Source: Octopus sinensis (Eukaryota). Taken from it: DNA of 64,000 nucleotides. The DNA lies in NCBI RefSeq assembly GCF_006345805.1, contig NC_043006.1, forward strand, positions 54,994,001-55,058,000, read 5' to 3'. Position 1 is the first letter of the stretch, and each line of letters starts with the position of its first letter. Positions 1-11,100 of the stretch are shown here, piece after piece. The position numbers and the translations under genes were made by a program. The notes under the pieces were generated by a model that saw nothing but the letters and a program-made list of their open reading frames with translations, was not told the origin of the DNA and did no database searches.

Positions 1-1216
1 AGAGCTAACATGACCATTTGAATGTGCAGAAGAGAGGGCAGTTGCAGAGGATGGACCAAGAAGGTACTGAAGGAGTCATGAGTAATAATGGAAGTGTATA
101 AAGATAGGAATGGCATAGGATAAATAAAAGGCTGCTACAAGTTTGTAGGTAAAAGCAAGGGTAAGTGGTGGGTAGCTATATGAATGGTCAGTGAGAGGGA
201 GAATATAATAGCTTTTATTATCCTTACTAATCTGATCTGAGGAAGAGGAATGATATCCAGTAATATAGAAAGTGGACATTAAATGATGTTGATGAGTTCT
301 TGATATATCATTGTTGTGTTTGTGTACAATATATAGTATATATTAGTTGTATATTGTACATTCAGTTACCCCACTTCCTTGTCATGGTGTATATTGTGTG
401 TTCTTCAGGGTGGTGGTTCTTAATTACTTCCATCTTGTTTTCCCTTTTGTTACCTTCTTTCAGGCATTGCTGAATTATTCAACACCATGATACCATATTT
501 TTCATTGTTTCTCTGTCTCTTCTTTCCTCTTGTAGTTGTTCATCTCAATGCTGTCTCTACCTTCCTGATGGTCTGGCTGCCACCAGATGGGACCAAACTA
601 GTTGTATTTTTTCAATCTGTTATTGTGTCTTGGGGATTTTGTGCTGATACTCTTCTTATGAATTGTTTCTAAGATTATGGTATGAAATTCTCAGGATTTT
701 TCTTGAACATCTTTGGTGGAAAACATCTGTTTTAATTTTTCTCAGTTGCCTTCCATGTTTCATTTGCATATAGTGCCATTAATAATACAATGGTATTAAT
801 GTTGATGTTCAGTGTATTCACAAACATAATACAGTCATTTTGTTTAAACAGTATGGGCAGATTTGGCTGCTGTTTCTGGCATGTTGAGTGTCTACATGCA
901 AGTTCCTTCACTACTCCACAATTGACATTACTGGTCAATTTTGTTTGAGTAGATTTAATTATATAATTTGCATGTGTTAATATTAGCTTATTAGTCATGG
1001 GCAAACTATGTCCCTTGGGAATTTCTGAATGGTATGCCAGTGAAAAATTACCTTGAATTTTTTTTAATAGTGTAGCTTGCCTGATTATAAGCCATCTCTC
1101 ATGCAACCCACTTTCCCAAAAAGGTTGCCCGGTTTATTAAATGCTTATATGCAGAAGATGAAATCATTACTCAATATTGCCAGTTGTATTAAAATAGTAT
1201 TTTATTTTCCATCTAG

Positions 1217-1393
1217 GTTCTGAGGTGGCTGAGTATTGTGCTTTACACCTTCCTGATTATATAAAAAGTTTGCAGAGTTATAAAGACAACAATTTAAATT
1301 TAGCTCTGAAAGAAGCATTCCTTGGGTTTGATGCTACTTTAGTTACACCAGAAGTTGTCAAAGAGCTGAAAGCACTTGTTAATCTTGATAAAG
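1217..1393 (+). CDS. PPM1G: PPM1G first visible coding exon (GSEVAEYC...[10 protein letters not shown])
   Basis: Acceptor ttttccatctag, donor G|gtaagt. The translation resembles the PPM1G segment GEEVALYCAKYLPDIIK...ALEDAFL. Confidence 0.93.
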
Positions 1394-4300
1394 GTAAGTA
1401 CAAGGTTTTTTTTTATATATACCTTTTACTTGTTTCAGTCATTGCTGCTGCACCATCTGGAAGGGTTTAGTGAAACTAATCAACCCCAGTACTTGTATTT
1501 TTAAAGCATGGTACTTATTCTATCAGTCTCTTGCCTAACTTCTATATTGTGGGGCACAAACAAACCAACACCAGTAGTCAAGGAGAGGACAAATACACAC
1601 ACACACATATATATTGGTCCAGCTTTGCCTTTCAAATCTTAAACAGCTCATTGTATATAAAAACATACACACTGGGATTCATGGTATAAAAGTTCAGGCT
1701 TCTGCACAATTTCTGGCTACCAAATTCATTCACAAGGCATTGGTTGGTTCAGGGCTATAACATAGGAAACTTGCCCAAGGTGCTACATAGTGAAATTAAA
1801 CCATGTGGTTACAAAGTGGCTTTCTTAACCACACAACCATACTTATTTAATTTTTTTAATTTCTTGAGTAGGCGCAGGAGTGGCTGTGTGGTAAGTAGTT
1901 TGCTTACCAACCACATGGTTCCGGGTTCAGTCCCACTGCGTGGCACCTTGGGCAAATGTCTTCTACTATAGCTTCGGGCCGACCAAAGCCTTGTGAGTGG
2001 ATTTGATAGACGGAAACCGAAAAGAAGGCCGTCGTATGTGTGTGTGTGTGTGTCTCTCCCCAACATTGCTTGACAACTGATGCTGGTGTGTTTACGTCTC
2101 CGTAACTTAGCGCTTCGGCAAAAGAGACCAATAGAATAAGTACCAGGCTTACAAAGAATAAGTCCTGGGGTCGATTTGCTCGACTAAAGGTGGTCACCAT
2201 GGCTACAGTCAAATGACAGAAGCAAGTAAAAGAGTAAGTCACTCAGCCCAATAAGTTATCACTGTCTCTCCTCCCTCACAGTTAAGTTGCTAGTTCACAT
2301 TCATTAATGTGGTGCGTTGGCAGTGTTGCTAGAGCATCAGTTTGAATGCCTTGTGGTATTTGTTCTGATTCTCTGCAATCTGAGCTCAAATCTCACTGAG
2401 TCAACTTAGCCTTTCATGCTTTCAGAGTTTTTTTTTTTTAAAGAAATGTACCAATTATCAGAATGGTGGATTGGCTGAATTATAAGAATGTTAGGTCTAG
2501 ATGCCTTGTTATATTCTTGCTCTCCGTGAACTGAGTCAAATTCAGCCTGGGTACCCCTTCTTTCAAACACAAGCTTTGCATGCCAGTAAAACAAACCCGT
2601 GAAACAGAATAGCACTAAATCAAATGAAGCTGAGTGGAGTGCAGAGAGAGGTTCCTCCATCTTGAAAGATGTGCCCTGATGATTGAATGAATATAGGTGC
2701 TAATAATAATAATTGTTTCTCATCTACGCACACTCTATTTTGAAGTGAGAGGATTAGTTGATTACATTAACCTGGCAAGTTTTGAAATCAGAATGTAAAA
2801 GAGTTGGAATAGTATTGCAAGGTTTTTCTTTTAAACACTTTGTCAGTTGTGCCAGCAACTTAACCAATAATATAGAAATCTGTAAACACTGCACTTCCCT
2901 TGTTAGTATACTAATCTTTTTTCTGTTAATACTATTGAGATACTGGTTTGTTCTCTGGTTGTGTGTTCTAATTTTGTTTTAACCCTTTTGCATTTAAACC
3001 AACTGTATCTTGCACAAATATTCTACCTGTCTTCTGTTAAAACCTATCAGATCTAGCCTCTTAGACCTAACCTACAATGATGTTCTAAAAATAAACTAAT
3101 AATAGGCATAGGAGTGGCTGTGTGGTAAGTAGCTTGCTTACAAACCACATGGTTCTGGGTTCAGTCCCACTGCGTGGCACCTTGGGCAAGCGTCTACTAC
3201 TATAGCCTTGGGCCGACCAAAGCCTTGTGAGTAGATTTGGTAGACGGAAACTGAAAGAGGCCTGTCGTATATATATATGTATATATGTGCGTGTGTGTAT
3301 GTTTGTGTATCTGTTTTTGTCCCCCCCCCCCCAAACATTGCTTGACAACTGATGCTGGTGAGTTTACGTCCCCGTAATTTAGCAGTTCAGCAAAAAGAGA
3401 CCGAAAGAATAAGTCCTGGGGTCGATTTGGTTGACTAAAGGCAGTGCTCCAGCGTGGCCACAGTCAAATGACTGAAACAAATAAAAGAGTAATACTCCAT
3501 TGAAATCTTAAATCTACAGTATAATGCATAACTAATTGAAAACAATGTGAATAAATAAGTATTTCATTTGGCAAGGTTCCGAATGCTAAAAGGATTAATC
3601 TGTTAGCATTTAACCCTTTCGTTACTATATTTCTGACCAAAATTTCTGACCTTATGTGTTTCAATTAATTTCTAACGTAATCATAAATTTAGTCTGGTTT
3701 CATTAAGCAACTATAACTTTTTTATTTATCAATATATTAATCTGATTTTTGGAAGATAATTTAATGAAATATTCTCAACCAAATTCTATACTATAATTTT
3801 TGTCACAAAGTGACTCTAATTGCAGGTAGATACAGGTAAATTCAACAAAATATAAAATTAAAATTTTGTTCAAACATCGCTATAGAAAATGGGTTATTAG
3901 CTAATATTCAATTGGGTATACAACAAAATTTTACGATAGAATTTGTTATTCTGGGTAACTTTCTGATACCCATAATAATATTTACGGCAAAATAGTCTTA
4001 ATTTCATTTAAGGTTATGGGAAACCACAAACTATCGTTTCTTTCGCTTTGTTTACGTTTAGCGTAACGGTTCGTTTTCGCCGTAATGATTTCAAATAGGC
4101 TCATTCAAAAAAGTAAAAAGAAATAGCCTAAGGCTTTACTCCTCTGGGAAAGTCTGTGGCTTGGTCCAGTTTCTTCAGAAAAATCACCGAAAGAAACAGT
4201 TTTTAAATTTTCACTCCATTCAGGTGCCAATTCAGTTTCTTTATCGCTGTCGGAGCTCTCGAATTCACTGTTTTCACTTTCGGAAAATGAAACATCAGAT

Positions 4301-5082
4301 TCATTATCAAATACCATGTGCTTTTTTTTTTCAGTCATAGAGTTAGATTTATGAAGGTCTTCAGTAGAAAATCCTTCGAATTCTGACTCGCTGCTTGATA
4401 TAATGAAATTCGTATCCATTTTTTGTCAGAATTACAAATTTTGAAAACACAATAGGAACAAATTTTGGAAAAAAATCTCTCAAAATTCACGGAATTAAAA
4501 TTACACTTCGATTTTTGTACAAAACTGTAGTTGAACTGTTTACAAAGTATAATACGTGTTTTCACAAATGTACTAAAGAGATTTGCTCTGATATTCTCAT
4601 TTAAATATGAATAGGTAAATTTGGGCGGTTTGGTCACAGTAACCAAAACTTTTTTCAGGCGGCTTTGGGCGGTTTGGTAACGAAAGGGTTAAACTGGCCA
4701 TATCTCTTAAGTATTCTACTTGTTTTATGTTCAGACTGGCTAGGACTGGCTTCTCACACCTATCCTACAATGTCATTCCATTGCTACATAATCACATGTG
4801 ACATAATGCAGGATTAATTCAAAATGTGAATAAATAAGCATAACATTTGACAGAGTAACCTGACTGTTAAAGGGTTAATATCATTGTACTTTTGTTAGTT
4901 TAGCATGATAAACATATCTGGTCTGCACTTTCACTAATGATTGACAATAGGAAAAGTTTATTTTCCCTCCTTTGCCTGCACCAAAAATTTCCAAGCAAAA
5001 TTGTAAGTGCAGAAACATCACTAACTAAACATATGTAGTTTGTTATAGTTCTCTCTCTGTATTTCCAGGTACTATATATGTG

Positions 5083-5131
<49 letters not shown>

Positions 5132-8100
5132 ATGTATATGTATATACACACACACACACACGTGTATGTATATACACAGCTTATCTGTACAGTGTCTATT
5201 ATATCATTGGTGCACAGGCTCCTTTCCACTGACATCTATGTCACATTAAAATCAGTGGAAAATAGGTTTTCATGTTATGGCATGGCATGACATGACTTTT
5301 CAGAAACAAAGCCTTTTCATTATGTGAAGTGATGGATAGTGGCTCAATATATATCATGGCTGTATGAATGTATAGTATCTCTACGGCAAAATGTCTGTGT
5401 GTGTATCCTTTATACAAATCCACAATTTTTCAGTTAGAGGGCTTGCACTTTCTATGGTCATTCAAAACCAAGGGTGGTCGTGCACATCTTCACATTCCCC
5501 CATTCACCCCGCAAAGCCATTAAAAAATCAATAGAAGTGACTTTTTTGTGAATTTTCTATCCAAAACCCAATCAAAATGCCCGAAACTTGATACGCCAAT
5601 AGAATGTCAGCTAGCTGTATGTGATTGGTCGGAGATTTGGACAGTACTCGCGTGTATGTGTGCATGCTCGCAGCTGTATATGCATGCACTAGCACTATGA
5701 CCCAGCATTGCTGGGTCATAGTGCTAGTAGTTTATATATATGTGTGTGTGCATATATATATATGTGTGTGCACACACAATAAGCATCATAATTGTATCTA
5801 TTAAACTGGATAGGAGTGTAAATGTGACATCCCTTTGTTTAGAGTAGGTGTGGGTAGCAACTATTATCTTTGCAAGTAGCTCCTGATTAGTATGTTTAGT
5901 GTTGTTAGCCTTGGATGATTTCTAGACAAGCAGACTTATGATCAAAAGTACTCCTGATGACAATTCCAGCTTCACTTCAGGTAGTGTATCTATACCTGTG
6001 GTATCTAACATGTCCTTCTGCCTTTAAGGTATAAGGAGATTTATTGCTATTTCTGGAAGGTTTATCCACCAGCTACAGATCTCTCCATTGGGGTTGATGT
6101 TTGGCTTGATTACCTCTTGATTTGATGATGTATTGTAGGAAACTATGGGTTGTTTGATAGAGGTGTAGTTTTATTGAAGAAAACTTGACCAGCGTGTTTA
6201 TTATAGGATTTAAGGTGTGATACCTACAATTGATGTGATGCGAAGAGATACAAGTGGAATTTGATAGAAGTGGTTAGTGTTTGCTAGTTCAGAGGAGCTT
6301 CAACCATTGCAATATTAGAAGTTGCTAAAGAAATGATGGTTGGTGAAGTAAGTCTTTGATAATCAGATCAGTTACTTCATATATATATATATATATATAC
6401 GGGGTGTCCCAAAGGTCACTGATGGGTTTCACTTCTTACTAACTTAAGTTTACAAATAAATGCATGAACTTTCGATACAATATAAAGGACATAATGGAAA
6501 TTAGTATGCATAAGTCAAATTTTGCAACACCTCTACATCACATATGAAAAATGACATGGCTTCTCATGCCCGTGCTCTTTCCAAAACTTGCACCATAACA
6601 CCCTTAAGAGTTTCAAACCCCATTTCTCTGATTTTTCTATAGATGTTCTCCTTCAGTTGCACCAGGGTTTCCGGTTTGTTGATGTAAACCCTCTCTTTCA
6701 AGCATCCCCACAAGAAAAAAATCTGGGCTGGTCAAGTCTGGGGAATGTGAAGGCAAGTTGACGTTGCCGCAGCGGGAGACTATTCTCTCTCCAAAGCACT
6801 GGCATAGCAACTGCATTATTTCTCTTGCAGTATGAGCAGTTGCTCCATCTTGCTGGAACCATGTGTGAGGTCTACATTGAATGGCCTTCATGTGTCCCGG
6901 ACTTGACTAACCCAGATTTTTTCTTGTGGGGACACCTGAAAGAGAGGGTTTACATCAACGAAACAGAAACCCTGGTGCAACTGAAGGAGAACATCTATAG
7001 AGAAATCAGAGAAGTTGGGTCTGAAACTCTGTAGGGTGTTATGGTGCAAATTTTTGAAAGAGCATGGGGGTGACATTCATTTACAACTATCATGCAATAT
7101 AGAAAGGAGACACACATATGCTCACTAATGCATATACATACAGGGGATTTCTTTCAATTTTGTCTCCTGAAACTACTTATAATGTTTAGGTCAACCCAAG
7201 GCTATACTAGAGGACATTTGCCCAAGGTACCACATAGTACTACTGAACCCAAAACCATGTGGTTGGGAGGCAAACTACTTAAGGACAGTCATTTAAAATA
7301 TTTTATATATATATATATATAACGGGAAGTTTTACGAAAATAAACAAAAGACAAAGGCAGGTGGAGTACAAACAAACAAATGTATTAGTATGGCGCTCAG
7401 GAATAGAAATAGAACAAGTCTTTTACGTTTCGAGCCTACGCTCTTCGACAGAAAGATACACAGAAAAAAAAACAAGGAGAGAGAATGAATGCGTGTAGGA
7501 GCTAACAATTTATCATGGCGTTATATATATATCATCATCATTGTTTAATATCTGCTTTCCATGCCTTCCATATATAAATATGTATATATATATATATCAT
7601 CATCATCGTTTAGCGTTCACTTTCCATGCTAGCATGGGTTGGACAGTTCAACTGGGGTCTGGGAAGCCAGAAGGCTGCACCAGGCCCAGTCTGATCTGGC
7701 AATGTTTCTACGGCTGGATGCCCTTCCTAACGCCAACCACTCTGTGAGTGTAGTGGGTGCTTTTTACATGCCACCGGCACAGGTGCCAGATGAGGCTGGC
7801 AAACTGCCACGATAGGATGGTGCTTTGTATGTGCCACCGGCACGAGGCCAGTTGGGGCGGCGCTGGCAACGGCCACGTTCGGATGGTTCTCTTACGTACC
7901 ACTGGCACTGGTATCACAGCTGCAATTTCCATTGATGTTGATCCATTTCGATTTTGATTTTGGATTTTCACTTGCCTCAACAGGTCTTCACAAGTAGAGT
8001 TTTGTGTCCCAAGAAGGAAAGGTATGCATAAGTGGACTGGCTACATCCCATGTAGAGGCCACGTGTTATGGTCTCACTTGTCCTGCCGGGTCTTCTCACG

Positions 8101-11100
8101 CACAGCATACTTCCAAAAGTCTCGGTCTCTAGTCATTTCCTTGGTGAGACCTAAAGTTCGAAGGTTGTGCTTTACCACCTCGTCCCAGGTTTTCCTGGGT
8201 CTGCCTCTTCCACAGGTTCCCTCAACCGCAATACATATATATATATATATAATATGTGAGAATTATTCGGTAGCCATGATAAAACTCCGAGTTTCGGATG
8301 CCGGGGTGGAAATCCATGCTACCATCTCTTCAGTTATCCATCAGATGGCCAGATAACTGAAGAGATGGCGGCGTGGATTTGCACCCCGGCATCCGAAACT
8401 CGGAGTTTTATCATGGCTACCGAATAATTGTCACATATTACATTTACAGATAAATTCCTCTATTTACATGATATCGAGGTCTCTTTCATTCTTTTGTTGT
8501 CTTCATCATCATCATCGTGTAACGTCCGTTTTCCGCGCTAGCACGGGTTGGACGGTTCGACCGGGGTCTGGGGAGCCAGGGGCTGCTCCAGGCTCCAGTC
8601 TCTCTGGCAGTGTTTCTACAGCTGGATGCCCTTCCTAAACGCCAACCACTCCGCGAGTGTAGTGGGTGCTTTTTACGTGCCACCTGCACGTATATATATA
8701 TATATATACATACATATATATATGTGGTATATGGCTTAGTGGTTAGGGTTTTGCGCTTAAAATTGCTAGGTTGTTTTTTTGATTCCTAGACCAGGCCTTA
8801 TGTTGTGTTCTTAAGCAAAACACTTCATTTCGTGTTGCTCAGCAACCATTTCATCATCTGACATGTAAATTACATACTTGTACAATTAATATTGATTTGA
8901 TGGAGAGAATGAGCTAATGTGAACACAAGTAGTTGATCACTATAAGCAAATCAGCTGTTTGGTTATTCAGCAAGAAATTGCAAAACCCTCATACATTGTC
9001 TAATGATGGGAGAGACCATGGTATTTATATATTGAATCAGTCTGGGTGAAGGAGACATACCCATGTCCTTTACAAGCTCTCCAGACAGGCCAACAAGCGC
9101 GTCTCTTCATGGGCGCTTGATTTGCAAGAACTAGCAACCAAATCTCTCTCCGATCACACTCTACTATCTTCTATAAAGACAGAACATGTTGTATAATGTA
9201 ATCCTATACATTGCTCAAAGTGATGAGATGGTCCTGCTTGGAATTTTTGATCATACATTGACCTGCAGCTGAAGACACATAAGAGACAAACTACTTGAAA
9301 CAGCCCCTGGTTCTAGGACATAAACTTTCTGTTTTATAGTGATCTAAATTAAAATTTTTCATCAAAATTTCATGCTAATTTATGTTGCAAGCCCCACTTT
9401 AATGTTGACAAAATTATTTTATTGAATTGTTCCTTATTTAAAAAATTTATTGAAGCAAAGTTGGATTTCAGAAATATGGTAAGAAAAGGGTCAAATATTT
9501 CAGTTTTGAGTTAAATAAAGGAGATGGTGTATTGACAGTAATACTGTTCCTTACACAAGGTTTGTTAACTTAGTTTTGACAGTTTCTATTTTATTTCTTT
9601 TCTTTTTTTTTTACATGTTGATTTCAACTCTACTAAGTTCTGCTTTGCCTTTCATCTTTCTTGGCTTGGTTTAGACAAGCTACATCACAGTACGTTTCCA
9701 GTAAACCCTTCCTCCCAAATTTTGAAGCTTGTTTCAAAGTTAGAAATCCTAAATTAGTTTCAAATCTGACACACTGTTTATTTATTTATTTTGGGGGTAG
9801 GTGGGTGGGTTACTATGATTGTGTAGTTTTGACACTTCTGTTGACCCACATCTCTTGACTATGTATCATGAAGTTTTGCCAGCTTGGTAGAGTCAGATCT
9901 TTCAATAACATTTTTACCCTGGTCAGAAAATTTTGCCAATTCTATAAGAATCATATCTGTCAACAGCGTATTTTTACTTTGGTTGTTGTGGAAGTTCTAG
10001 AGTGTTATAGGAGTATTGACATTATAACTAAATACAAATTGTTTTGTCGCTTAATCATAGCAGAGGTGTTTTTGTTTATTATCATTTTCACTTTGTGATG
10101 GTTAGCTTTGCAATCTTGTTTCAGTTCCCACTCTGAGCTACTTGCCTGTGTGCTTTTGTTTTCCTTGCTATTCTAATGATCTTGGTGTAAAGTTGACTAT
10201 TTAAGACATCTTTTAGTTGTTTCCTGTCTTCAGCTCCAACTAAGTCCTTTTTCATGTCACTGATTTTATTTGAAAAGCAATAAATAAAATAAGATAATTT
10301 CTTTTTCTTCATAGCTAAGGGTTTGTCAGTAATTTTCCTGGTCCTATGCCTTTCTATGTACATTATTATATTTTTTAAAATCATATTCTGGGTTGGTTTC
10401 TCTTGAGAGTTTCCTCTTAGTGATACATAACGTTCTTTTTGTTTCTATAGGAAAAACCTGTCCAAAGTCAAATACACAAAACCCGGGGTTCTACCACGAT
10501 ACGCCATCGTCAATGTGTACCTATGCGGCAGGTTTGTTATAGATCCTCTTTCCTCCAGTTGTTTCTCTTAAGCAACATATTATATATGTGTATTCATGAT
10601 GCAGTATAATATTTCATCTCTGGTATTGACCTTTATTCCAGCTTTGTTATAAATAGCTCATGATATACATGTTATATAGACCTGTCTTCAGTCATATCAT
10701 TCAGGAGGTATAAGATCTTTAATAAAATTCAGTTTCTAATAACTGCGTTAGATAGATGTTTTGGCAGTAGCTGTGTAATTTAAAAGTAGCAGGTTAGACT
10801 TCTAATTACCATGGTCATTACTTTACATTTAGCAATTAATATTTTTCTCTTTTTGGTTCCTTCAGCTTGGTTGGCTCCTCTCACTTGCATGTTAATGTTT
10901 TGACTGTTTTGTTTACTCATTCTGTTGACAAAGGCCCGACTGGCATAGCATCAAAAAACTGTCCTTGATGAAATAAGGACAATAATAATACAGTTGTGAA
11001 GTCAGTGCTATGAGATATAAACCATTAGCTCCAATAATTCATCCAAATAAATGAATTTACAAAACATCTAGTCTGCTCTAATACAAAAATAGATGATTTT

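Larger units (their letters stand above)
8250..8440. repeat. 191-bp near-perfect palindrome (about 89-bp arms, 13-nt spacer); inverted pLTR-like arrangement
   Basis: taatatgtgagaattattcggtagcc...cagttatc / gataactg...ggctaccgaataattgtcacatatta, with 5 substitutions counted by eye. Confidence 0.93.

Noticed and set aside
1744-2242. Recurrent short ORFs such as KVPRSGTEP and [12 protein letters not shown] found many times in the track
   Set aside because: They are chance frames through SINE and LINE-3'UTR copies; they recur because the repeats recur.
4900-5290. ORFs rich in [14 protein letters not shown] (also 25695-25895, 28214-28427, 32599-32811, 35426-35726, 62473-62712)
   Set aside because: These are translations of (TA)n, (CA)n and (GA)n microsatellites, not proteins.
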